Shown here: piece after piece, positions 1 to 11,353 of the stretch
How the letters are laid out: every line of letters begins with the position of its first letter
How positions within the stretch are numbered: position 1 is the stretch's first letter
Source: Podarcis tiliguerta
Lineage: Eukaryota
NCBI GenBank assembly: GCA_965153285.1
Contig: OZ229116.1
Reading direction: 5' to 3' (one strand)
DNA: 64,000 nt
The notes under the pieces: model-generated
The model's database searches: none
Told to the model about the DNA's origin: nothing
What the model saw: the letters and a program-made list of their open reading frames with translations, nothing else
Program-made: the position numbers and the translations under genes

Positions 1-982
1 TCTCATCTGAACAAAAGACAAACTCTCAGCTGTAGGGGATACAGAATCATAGTCTCTCTGGCGAACAACTGGTCCGATTTTTCACTTGCAGTGAAAAAGG
101 TATTTGTTACAGTCGAAAAGACGAAAGATAGGGAGAAACTCTCACAGAAAGTGCTTTAGCATTTTGCAACGCAGCTTCAATAAATGCATTTAAAACTCTT
201 AGTCATTACCAAGGCAAAACAGACCCTTTCAGAATGTTCATTTTCAAATGCAGACATGGGAACCTCCACCACACAGTGAAGAATGCACAATCTTCAAAAT
301 TGCTTAAGGCCTCCCAGCTCTATTCATTGGCCTTTCCAAAATTAGAACACCACAATCAATGCAGCAGTATTTCTAAGTAGAACCATTGTAACCCAAAGAC
401 CATGGTGTGGCTTTGAATGTCAGGGACCCACATACCAAGTAATTTTTAAGCTGTGGTGTTAAGGCAATTTCCAATAGTGAGACACCCAAGTACAGATTCA
501 CAGAACTCTGATGGACTCAGTGAGTGGACCATTTTTCTTAAGATGGGGTGCCTCATTCTTGATGCACTCCCGACTTATGATCCTTAGCACTTTTTCTTTC
601 CACCAAGCTTTCAAAAACATCAGAAAAACAAATATTTGACAACCTCCCCTGGAAAATCATTTAACTGCTGGATTTATTTTTCGGTTAGAAACTTTTTGCT
701 GTTTGTTAACCTAAATCTAAGTACCAGTAGTTTAAAAGCATTACTTCTTGCCAAATCTCCACAGGGTGAACAACTGCTAATCTTCCCAAGATTCTTCTAA
801 AATAGCCTATCTCCTTGAAGAATCTCAAATCCAACAAAATGCTTTTTAATTTACAAACTGACCACCTTAACACAAAGGCTGCCTGACATTGTCATCGCAT
901 CTGTGACCTCTATCCCTGGAGATTGTTACAGAATCACAGGGTGCTACACGACATAGTTATAGAACAGTATTTCATGCCTCAC

Positions 983-3433
983 CTCGTTTGGCTCTCGGGA
1001 AAGGCTGCAGGCCAGAAGTGTGCCTGTGCTGTTGATATCCTGCTGAGTGACTGGTGTAGCTATCCTGAAATTCCTCCCTTCTGAAAAGTGGGTCTGGCCA
1101 GGCCTTAGGAGGGTAAAAGGAGAAACAATATCTCCCCCAATGAGGGCTGTAGGGAATTCCATTTTTTCCTCCTGGCTCAAGCGTACTGAGAACGTGTCAA
1201 AGTGTCCTCCCACAGGAATAGAGTTCCTACCCTTCAGGTCGCTGGTCCAGCCCACATCTGAGTGTCTTCCTTTCAATCTTTTAAGACACTTCATAGCTAA
1301 AAACACAAAGGCCAGAGCAGAAAGTCCTGAGATTGTGATTAGAGCAATAATGAGTTGCAAGGTCAGGTGAGACAGCCCTTCTTGTTCCATGCTGGACTCT
1401 CTGAGGTCTGCTGTGCCCAACTCATGCTCATGCTCTAGATTAAGAATCAGAGTGGCTGTGGCAGACAGAGGTGGCTTCCCATTGTCTAAGATCTCAACAA
1501 CCAACTCTTGGGAAGGGGCGTCTTGTTCCAGGAGGGCTCGGACGGTTCGGATCTCTCCTGTGAACGCCGAGACTTGGAAAAGGCTTGGGTCTGTGGCTTG
1601 CTGCAGCTTATAAGAAACCCATGCATTCTGCCCAGAGTCTGCATCCACAGCTGTGACTTTGGTTACCAGGTAACCTCCTTGTGCAGAAAAAGGGACTGGC
1701 TGCTGGGCTAGGACCCCCTTCTTGGTTACAGGGTATACAACAAGAGGAGCATTATCATTCTGGTCTATGATGAAGATGGAGACAGTCACATTGGCACAGA
1801 GTGGAGGAGAACCATTATCCTTAGCTTGAATCTGGAAAACCAGTTGCTGGGTTTGCTCATAGTCAAATAAGCAGCCACTGTAGATAGTACCGTTCTCCAT
1901 AACATAGACATAGGAGGAAATGGGCATTCCATTTATGATATGCTCCACTAACGAATAAGACAGGTGTGAGTTCTGCCCCAGATCAGGGTCAAAGGCAGAT
2001 ATAGAAATGATTGGCAGCCCCAGAGCATTGTTCTCAGTTACAAGGGTCTCATATGCAGGCTGTGAGAAGTGGGGTGGGTTATCGTTCAGGTCAGATATAT
2101 TTATAAGGAAGTTTCTTTGACTGGAGAGAGGTGGAGAACCAGAATCCGTAGCTGTGATCATAACTTTGTACTGTGAGATTTCCTCCCGATCTAGGGGGCC
2201 ACTGGTGATCAAAGAGTAGTGGTTCTTGAAGGAAGGTACAATCTGGAAGGGGACATCTGCAGGGAGATGAAGCTGTACTTCTCCATTTTCCCCAGAATCT
2301 GCATCACTGACTCTGAGGAGCCCTGCTGTGGTACCTGGGGGAGCATCTTCTGGTATAGTGGTGGTGAGGGAAGTGAACCTAATGATAGGCTCATTGTCAT
2401 TCACATCCACTACCTCCACTAAGATGTTGCAGTGTGCATCCATGGAAGGTGACCCTTGGTCTTTGGCCCTCACATCAATTTCATACAATGTGTCATCTTC
2501 ATAATCCACACTTCCCAGGACTCTTATCTCCCCAGTCTCCTCATTAAGGCTGAACATTTTCCGGATTTTCTGTGGAGTGTGGCTGCTGAAGGAGTAGGAA
2601 ATTCTCCCATTTGCCCCCTCATCATTGTCTGTAGCTTGTAAATGTATCACAAGGGCCCCCACTGGGGCATTTTCTAGTAGGCTAACTTTGTACACCGACT
2701 GGTTAAAGACAGGTGGATTGTCATTGGCGTCTATGACTGACACGAGAATCTTTGCTGTCCCGGATTTAGCAGGAACTCCTCCATCCAGGGCTGTAAGCAC
2801 CAGGGGGTAGTGCTGCTGCTGTTCTCTATCCAGTGCCTTCTCTAACACCAGCTCAGGTTTGCTGCCACCTTTATGTGACTTAACACTGAGGCTGAATTGT
2901 CCACGTGGACTCAGCTGGTAGGTGCTGACTGAATTCATGCCAACGTCCAAATCTTCAGCACTTTCCAGGGGGAAGCGGGCCCCTGGCATTGCAGACTCTG
3001 CTATCTCCAAATGGGTGAGACTGGTAAGAAAAACTGGGTCGTTGTCATTCACATCCAAGAGCTCAACTTCCACACGATGGGAGGCTGTTGGGTTTGCAAG
3101 TAGGAGCTCCAGATAGAGCAGGCAGTGTAAGCTGGGCCCACAAAGCTGCTCTCGGTCCAGCCGTGCTTTCACGACCAAGACACCATTTGGCACCTTGGCT
3201 TCGAAGTACTTTTCAGCAGAGCCAGCCATGATCTGCAGCTGTCGGGAGACCACCCGGGCAGCATCTAGACCCAAGTCTTTAGCCACATCCCCAACAAAGG
3301 CCCCAGGAGCTAACTCCTCAGGAATCGAGTAACGGAGCTGGGTCATCTCTCCAGCACTCTGGAGAGAGACAGAAACCAAAAGCAAAGCTCTTACTTGCCA
3401 TGGCAGGAGTAGTCTTTCTTCCAGAGACAGCAT
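983..3433 (-). CDS. Protocadherin gamma C-type variable exon (C4/C5-like): signal peptide, EC1-EC6, TM, variable cytoplasmic domain
   Basis: Within ORF 944..3583. ATG at 3433 (MLSLEERLLLPWQV). Six cadherin repeats (DxNDN, LDRE, AxDxG motifs). TM LTLQLIIALITISGLSALAFVFL. Donor GAG|GTGAGG at 983/982, 817 codons. C4-like motifs (FDYEQTQ, NAWVSY, DLRESS) and C5-like motifs (WQV, QLRYS, RVEVE). Lies downstream of C3. Confidence 0.9.
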
Positions 3434-4149
3434 AATGTCGCCAAAATTTCCTCTTCCTTTGCTGGACCTCTGTCCTCTCTGATTCCAGCACAGCCAAGGA
3501 AACAACACAGAATCCCGGGTTAGATCGCGCAAGGGATGAGAAAGCGGCGCACCATCTGCATCTTTTCTCTGTTTTTCTTCCACAGAAAACAGCGGCGGTG
3601 CCTAGTCCGTATCGGAATCAAGAGGGGAGGAGCTTTGTTGTCCATCAAAGCAGATACAGGGCTCCTGGAATCAAGGAAGCGCCTGGCTGTTTGCAATGGA
3701 CCACCCATTCTCCCCCTCCCCAGCTCCAGCAATGGGGTGGGGGAGGTCTTAAAGCGCCCGTGCAAATGTTGAAGAAGAGCTGGGAGCCCATTCGCCAGCT
3801 GTCAGTGACTGGATTTCCCAAGATAATTATATGAACAATAAATCCTATGTCATTACAAGCTTTTGAATTCATTAATGAATGTCACAAGCATTTAAATTCA
3901 ATAATGAACACTCTTTGTTTGGAATGGTTGGGGTTATAAGCTAAACCAGCAAACTGCATATTTTGCAGATTTTTTAAAAAACAGAATGCAACAAACACCA
4001 GTGGCTGCACAATTAAGTGATATACTGCCATTTGCTGGATATAAGATCACGTTAAAAGACCCATTGATTGTCTGCCTGAATTTCCTTTAAATGAATGGCA
4101 TTCAATAACCGATGCAGGAGAGCTCTTCAAAGCTCATTCCCACTATGGC

Positions 4150-5700
4150 CTTTGTTCTCCAAATGGAGTATACTAAGAGTCTCTCCATATTTCCTTTCCT
4201 AAATTTCAGGAGTTTTGCAGCCAGTGCACAAAACAGAATAAACCATGACATCACAAAGGAAATTTTTAAGCCTTTGGAGTCAAGGGTTAGGAGGAGCAAG
4301 GTTAAAAAGAGTTTTATGAGCAAGAACCTGGTCCCTGATGGTCCCAACAAACAGCTTCCATAGTGGAGACAACTAAGATGTTAGGGAAGGGGTCAGGTCA
4401 AGGAGATTCATGGACTTCCTGGAAAAGATGAAAGAAATCTATGAATAGAAGTATTTTCTCTCCCCTAAAGGTAGGCAATGCCTTCTGAATGTTGTCATGG
4501 TAGACTTCAGTGAAGAGCTAGTTGAGGCACACTGCTGTTGAAAAAGTGGTGTCCTCTGTCTTATGTGCTTGCATTAGAAGCACCTGGATTTGCTCCTAGT
4601 GGCATCATGTGTGGATGAGAAGCTGGGCACCTCCCGTGTGTGAGATTTCACAGTAGAAATGAAACAGACAGAATGTATTTACGGTGATGGTCCTTCTCCA
4701 GGTGTGCAGATAATATAGGGCAATGATCACAGGTTGTTCGTATTGCATTTGTTATTCTGTTAGCTAGATTGATCTTCACTGTCCAGAGGAGTATTTGTGA
4801 CAAAAACCTGGTTTTGAAACATGGCCCATGGCTTTAAATGCAAGCATCTTGGGAATACTGGCAATCACTGCTGCTCCACTGCCTCTGGAGTGAGCTGCTT
4901 GCTATGTGCAGAGACATGCTCTCTGGCACGGACAAAGTTTGTTTTGACCAAGGTACAATCTTTTGGGTATTTGGGGACATAAAAAATGTGCACCACCATA
5001 TATTCCATGGCAAAGACGTCCACCTCATTCTAACATTAAACTTATAGCTTCTATTTTATAGGCAAGCCTCCTTTTCACCACAGCTGTGACTTCCCAATAG
5101 TCACATAATGCTGCATTGGGTGGAGTCCCCCTATATACGGAATTGCCATACTAAGTAAGGTGTTGCTCCCATATAGAGCCTTCAGGACCAAGCAATGCTC
5201 AACTTCCTTAATTCCCGGTCAATGTTTTTCAAAGAAGCAAGTTCAGATCTCTTCATATCAACAGACAAGAAAGTCTTAACAAGTAAGTGATGACGGAACT
5301 GCTGCTTGTTCTACTAACCAAGGAATGTTAATTTCTCTGACTCTAAATATCTCTCTGTGTCACAGGCCCTGGAGAGGATAGGAATCGTCAACACCTGTGT
5401 TTCCCACTTCTGCCTGATACATTTCCATGGATCTTTTTACATCCATTTTGACTCCATGAAGGAGCTTGACTCACATGTACACAGGGACTCACAGTTTACA
5501 GGTTCCTTTCAAAGAAGTAAAAATCTATTTCCACAGTTATCATCTCACTAATCAACTATTATATAGCAGTCGTTTGGGGATGCAATTTCCCCTTCTTTGC
5601 TATGATTTCTATGTAACCTAAACTCACCCTTCTAGTCCACTTGGACTAGTAATGGTCAGGGATTGGCACAGTGCCTGGGCAGAGAGCACAGAACAATTAG
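4150..5700 (-). pseudogene. PCDHGC4: Heavily degraded PCDHGC4-like variable exon relic
   Basis: Manual minus-strand translation gives collinear fragments in shifting frames: KEPVNCESLC, MEMYQAEVGNTGVDDSYP, SSSSVITYLL, KNIDRE, EHCLVLKALYGSN, YKFNVR..AME, LSVPES, EQIQVL..QA.DRG, and a TM-like SFVMSWFILFCALAAKLLK. These resemble recalled human gammaC4 segments (KNPIDREALC, LEMYRAEVEIVDVNDHAP, YEFDVR..AME, QARDRG). Contains stops, frameshifts and large deletions. Ends are approximate. Confidence 0.7.
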
Positions 5701-8700
5701 CAGCACCCACAAAACTGCTGCAGGGTGGAAGCACCTTGAGATTCTGGACTCAGGCTACATCAAGAGCAATTTTCTTCAGCTCAAGAGTTTGTATTTGTAT
5801 ATTACAATACACAAAATCACGATATCAAATACATTCCTTGACTTACTGATTCTGCCTTTTCTAATGCCTGAGGATACACATTAAAAAAACTTAAGGATAC
5901 TATTCTTTATAATGAATGTTCTTAATTTGATAATACCAATGTCTTTATACACTCTTGCTTCTCTTGAATTCACCTGCACATAACATACAACTTTGCAATC
6001 CTATTTATTTTCAGAATCCATTTAGTCGCAAATAGCACGCATACTGTACAGATATTTCTAACTAGTTATATACAGTCTTGGTTCACAGAGCTACGAATGC
6101 TGCATAGCAAGCTAAGTGGCTTTGAAAGATGCAAAGCCACTTGGCTTGGTTTAACTAACACACATGAATTATACTACAGGACACTGTGCTAAACTTCACA
6201 GGAAACAGTATTTGATGAGAAGCATTCAAATCAGTTCCTAATGCACACTTGTGCCATTTAACTTAATGGAATGGAAAAGAAATTCTGTATTCTAAACCCT
6301 TGCCTTTAATGAAATCACAATAAATATTTGGTGCAAAGGAAAACATTTCAACAATAGAAATGGGAGACCTTGTAATTAGGATTTGAGAAGAGTGGGGAGA
6401 CTGATATCTCACTTCAAAATCTGAAATGTGGTTGAGTTTGATTGCTTTAGACTTTTTGGACAGTCAATGACTATTTTCTAGGTTCAAGATTGCAGACAAG
6501 CAAGCAAGAGGGAAATTTTAAATGTTGGGGGTCAACATACAGCAAGTTTCATTACATTCTCCCATCCCCCTACACTAAACTCGTTTGTGAAAGGCAGCAT
6601 AAGATCTTGAGTGGGGTCTCTGGGCAGGGATTGTGTATGTTTATTGCTGTCAAATCTCATCCAGTGGCAGATGGCTAGACAGCATGATGTTAGCCAGCTC
6701 TTTCCACTCTTTGTCTTCCATTATCTTTACAGAAAAACAAATATGGTAACTTTCTTGCATTGCTCTAGATTAGATGCATTTAATCATAAAGTTTCTGATT
6801 CTCCTGTGTTGCTTTGGCTGCATATATGCTCATCTTAATTTTCAAAGTGAGATTTCTTCTTTCCAATCTCAACGTCCTATAATTCAGGGATACTTGTTAC
6901 AAACTAGAAGACCAGTGTGTTTGGCAGCAAACCCCACAGCATATGAAGCTGTCGCTTGCATTTATTTCAGTGCACAAAGCGCAGCAGGTCCTGGCCCCTT
7001 GCAACATATTTTCAAGCACATATGATTTTAATAAGTACAGCCTCCTCAACTGAAAATGTAATGGACACACTAAATGTTCACATTGTTTCAGTAATACGTG
7101 AAGGAGCCCTGATTATATCTGGTGAGAGTCTGCCCTGGTTTTGCATATTTTAGAGCCAGATGGCCTACTAATGAAAAGCCTCTCATTCTAACTTTTGTTA
7201 AAAACACTAAAGAAACTAATGGTTCTGCCTGTACAGATTAAGTGTGGGGTCTGGTGCAGCTTTAAGAGCACATCAGCTTAGGGTCATCGTATTGTGCTGG
7301 AATTGCTAATGCCTATTGACAGGACACACACGGACACACAAACACACCTCTCTTCCGCTGTCTCTTTTGCCCGCCCTATTTTTCTGATCATAGTCATTTT
7401 CTTAACAATCTTCCAGACTATGTAATTTTGGGTAGGAAAACGTAGCTAAAACAATTTCCAAGGATCTCAGGGTTCACGTGTCAACCATTTCAAGCAAAGC
7501 AACATGTATGGCAGTTAAGAAAGCCTAATTATGAATTGGTAAGAGCAATGCAACCCTTTTGGCATCAGAATAGTAATAATAAACAATAATAATTTAAATC
7601 TCAACAACAAATTAAAAGTACAGATGAAATCACTAACCAGCTATCGATGAATTAACATCATCATGAGCATCTTCATTATTACATTTATAAGGCTGCCCTA
7701 TAGCAGTTTTCTGGGTGGCTCACAAACAAAACCAAGCAGAATACAGCATATTAAAAACCTATGATGAATTAATTAAAAGTTGATGCACAATTTACAACTC
7801 AAGGTATAAAATAAAAGCAAGCTACATACAAAATATCAATTACTGTTGTGAATGTGTATATATATTTCCCACACAGCCGAAAGGTTAGGTACCACATTGC
7901 TCTAAAACATGTTCGGATATCAGATGCCAAATACTAAATGCCAAATTAACCAGGTACAAAGACTCAAAACCAGTTCACTGAAATGATGGCCCTGAAAGCT
8001 ATTCAACAAACTATCAGGGGTGAGAACTGGCCTGGAGCCAGACACTTTCTGGCAACCTCTCCTTTATTCTTGCAATCTCTGGGCTTCCTGGTCCTTCTTC
8101 TAGCACCCTCTCCACATAAAGCCGCAGTTTATCACTTTACCCTAAAACAACTTCCTGCCTATAGCATCTAATTGTGTAGCAGAATGCACCCTGAGCATGT
8201 ATCTACACTGCAGATTCAAACTGGTGCAGCAATCATTCCCAAGGAATTATGGGAATTGTGCTTCTGGCTCAGTTCTCAATGAGGTTGTACACCTGAGTCT
8301 GGGCTGTACCACTTCAGACTGCAGGTGGGGACTCAAGATGGCTGTATGCTCCTCCATGCCAGCCACCCCACAGTTAGGATCCATCTTCCTGACATCTAGC
8401 TTTGGCAGAGCTCTGAATTCTTTGTACGCAGGAACGTTCAAAGATGTGGGTTTTATCTGCAATCTGAAATGGTACAGCCTAGAAACAGATTAACCATCTT
8501 GGTGAGAACTGGGCCTCTGTGAGGAAATCTTGCAAACAAGACACACAACGTGCTCTCTTCAGAGTGAAAATGTTCATGAATATTTCAAAGGAAACTAGCA
8601 TGTACATACAATCCCAGCAATTAACATATTCACTGCCAGCCTTCTGCTGTTACACAATAACAAGATAAAATGAGTGTCGCACGAGTGCTACCTAATGTTA

Positions 8701-9434
8701 TCAGTGATCAGAATATGAGAGGAGCCCAGGAATGAAGGGAATTTGATGCCTCCTGGGCAGTTTGCCTATGCCTGGTATTTTAGGGGGGGGGGAAGACTGT
8801 TGGACAGAATGGGGATGGGGTGCAAGACAACAACATTTAAGTCAAGCTGAAAGTAGCCTGCCACTTGTGATTCCCAAAAGAAAGCTGAAGCCTGAAACTT
8901 TAGGTAAAACCTTGAGACTCAGAAACCCTAAAGCACAATAGCTTTGTGCAGCTGGTGGAAGAGTCAGAAAAAAGCTTACCTATGTAGGTGTTGCTTTGTA
9001 GGCATTGTGAGAAAGAACCTGGCTATTGTTGTTGTTATTACTCCTCCTTCTCCTCTCTACACAGTAGCTTTTCTGGATTGCAGGCAAAATCTCTAGTTAA
9101 TATTCACTTTCATACAATAACATATTGCATTGCCTTTTCACTTATTGACTTTTGATATGAACTCTATGATAGGGATGCCTATGTTTTCCTGGACATTCAA
9201 CAGGGAACACATTATCTTAGTATCGTAGCATCTCTACTAGCTCCCACCTGATCAGGGACAACATGGGGGGGGGGGGAGCTGAGCCCCTCCAATTAAGCAG
9301 GGGACTGGGCCCCCTCAATTTTATGCGGCCTGCAAGCCATCAGAAGGCAATCCTGTATAGGGAAGGGAAGTTTTTTATATATGTTGGAAGCTGCCCAGAG
9401 TAGCTGGGGCAACTCAGTAAGATGTGTGGATATA

Positions 9435-9693
9435 CCGTATTTTTCGCTCTATAAGACGCACCAGACCACAAGATGCACCTAGTTTTTGGGGGAGGAAAAC
9501 AAGAAACAAAATATTTTGAATCTCAGAAGCCAGAACAGCAAGAGGGATCGCTGCGCAGTAAAAGCAGCAACCCCTCTTGCTGTTCTGGCTTCTGGGATAG
9601 CTGCGCAGCCTGCACTCACTCCATAAGATGCACACACATTTTCCCTTACTTTTTAGGAGGGAAAAAGTGAGTCTTATAGAGCCAAAAATATGG
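9435..9693. mobile_element. Non-autonomous Tc1/mariner (Tigger-like) MITE
   Basis: Imperfect TIRs CCGTATTTTTCGCTCTATAAGAC / GTCTTATAGAGCCAAAAATATGG, TA on both sides, internal hairpin at about 9521-9598. Confidence 0.8.
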
Positions 9694-11353
9694 TAAATAG
9701 TAAAATTATCATTATGGAATGGGACGTCCCTATTTTCATTGGAGAAATGTTGGTATGACAGAATGCCCAAGCCTCTTTGCATACTTTTCACATTTTGCAC
9801 TTGCTATAGGGTGGGGTATTCTTTAACATCTACCCACACTTATTGTGTAATAATATTTACAGAAAATAACCTATAGTGAGTACCTGATCTTAGACCAACT
9901 CACCACAGGAAAGATGCATCCTGTTTTGTAGAAAGAACAGATTGGCTAAATAACAGAAATTCCAAGGACTAGAAAATGAAACAAGCAGGGCAAAAAAGTG
10001 CACTGGATGGAAGAGGGAAATAGCAGGTCTTTAAGACACCAGTTATAGCCTGGTGTCCAAACAACTTACTCATCAACCACAGCTCAGACGTCACTCATTT
10101 GCTAAAAACACTGAAAGGTGGGGCTAGCTGGGCTGGCTCACTCACTTAGAAGAGTACTCACACATTTTGCTTGATAACTTCATTTCTAGAAGGGCTAGGC
10201 TCTTACATTTTTTAAATGAAAACTCAAAGTCTGGGTCCTCTGACAAGCATAGGCCCCAGAGCAGTATCCGCAACCCCCTCGATTTCCTAAAATAACAAGC
10301 ACAGGGCCCTTCATTGGGAACAGAAGCACCAAACCAAGTGGCAACAGCTGCCACCTTCTCCAACGGTCCCAGGGCCTCTGGGCCTCACTTCAACATAGTG
10401 GTGCTATATTGGGGCCCAGAAGCACTGAGGGGAAATGAAAACGGCATTTCTCAGCATCAGGGCAAGGGAGCACCATCTCTCCTCACCACCCCCATGCTGC
10501 TGCCCATCCTTGCCTCCACCTGCTGCGGCCTCCAGGTAAACTAATTTGGGGGTGCACACCTGGTGGCTGGTCCTGTGTGTAGGCCTCCTTCTGAAAGGCA
10601 TCCATGCTCAGGCTCTTCCCTGGAAGTCTGCTGCCATTGCTTCCATAGAAAGTGCCATTTCCCCCTACCAAATTAGTCTGAATGAGAAGCCATCAGAGCC
10701 CTGTTCTAATGTCTCTTCTTCTGCTACTCCTACTCCTACCCCTACTCCTACTCATGTTTGGCTACATAGAGAATAGGTTCAATTCCACCATACACATAAG
10801 GAAAAGGAATAAGTCTTACATTTCCACCCCATCATAGATGAATATCAAACAGACATACATCAGAGGCTAGGCCCCCAAGGAAATGTTGAAGGTGATCTCC
10901 CTTTAGCGTCTTGAAGAAGCACCCAAGCCAAAAGGCCTCCCAATACATATCCAACCCATTATTTACACAGCATTCCTGTTTCCTTGCGTATGATTTTTCA
11001 TAAAACATAAACTTACTGGGAGCTATCATTCTTCAGAGGCAATGACTATGCAACCCAACAACAGCCGACCACATTGATCTGACCCAGAGCAGAAAGAACA
11101 AACAAACCACCCAACTCCATGTAATGTAGGGAGGAAACAACACATGCACAGGAGTTAAACAGGCGGGGCTCTTAATCATGCTATTAAATGACACAGCACT
11201 AGATGGAGACAGAAAACAGGAAAAAGAATGTGTTCTACAGGAACTACCCTGTTTCCGGGTAGGAAGACATTGAGTGGTCTGCCTTTAAGTCAACTTAAGC
11301 TCAGAGCTGGGATTTCCCAACTTTGCTGGAGAAGGACAACAAGCATACATTAC

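Noticed and set aside
8247-8495. Short minus-strand ORF preceded by acceptor-like TTTCTAG/TTTCAG
   Set aside because: No homology or donor support. Needs RNA-seq.
10142-10700. Possible extra Pcdh relic (LCLSEDPDFEFSF resembles the gammaB tail LCLSSE..EFAF, with GTGAG nearby)
   Set aside because: No cadherin motifs or TM could be read upstream, so a chance match is likely
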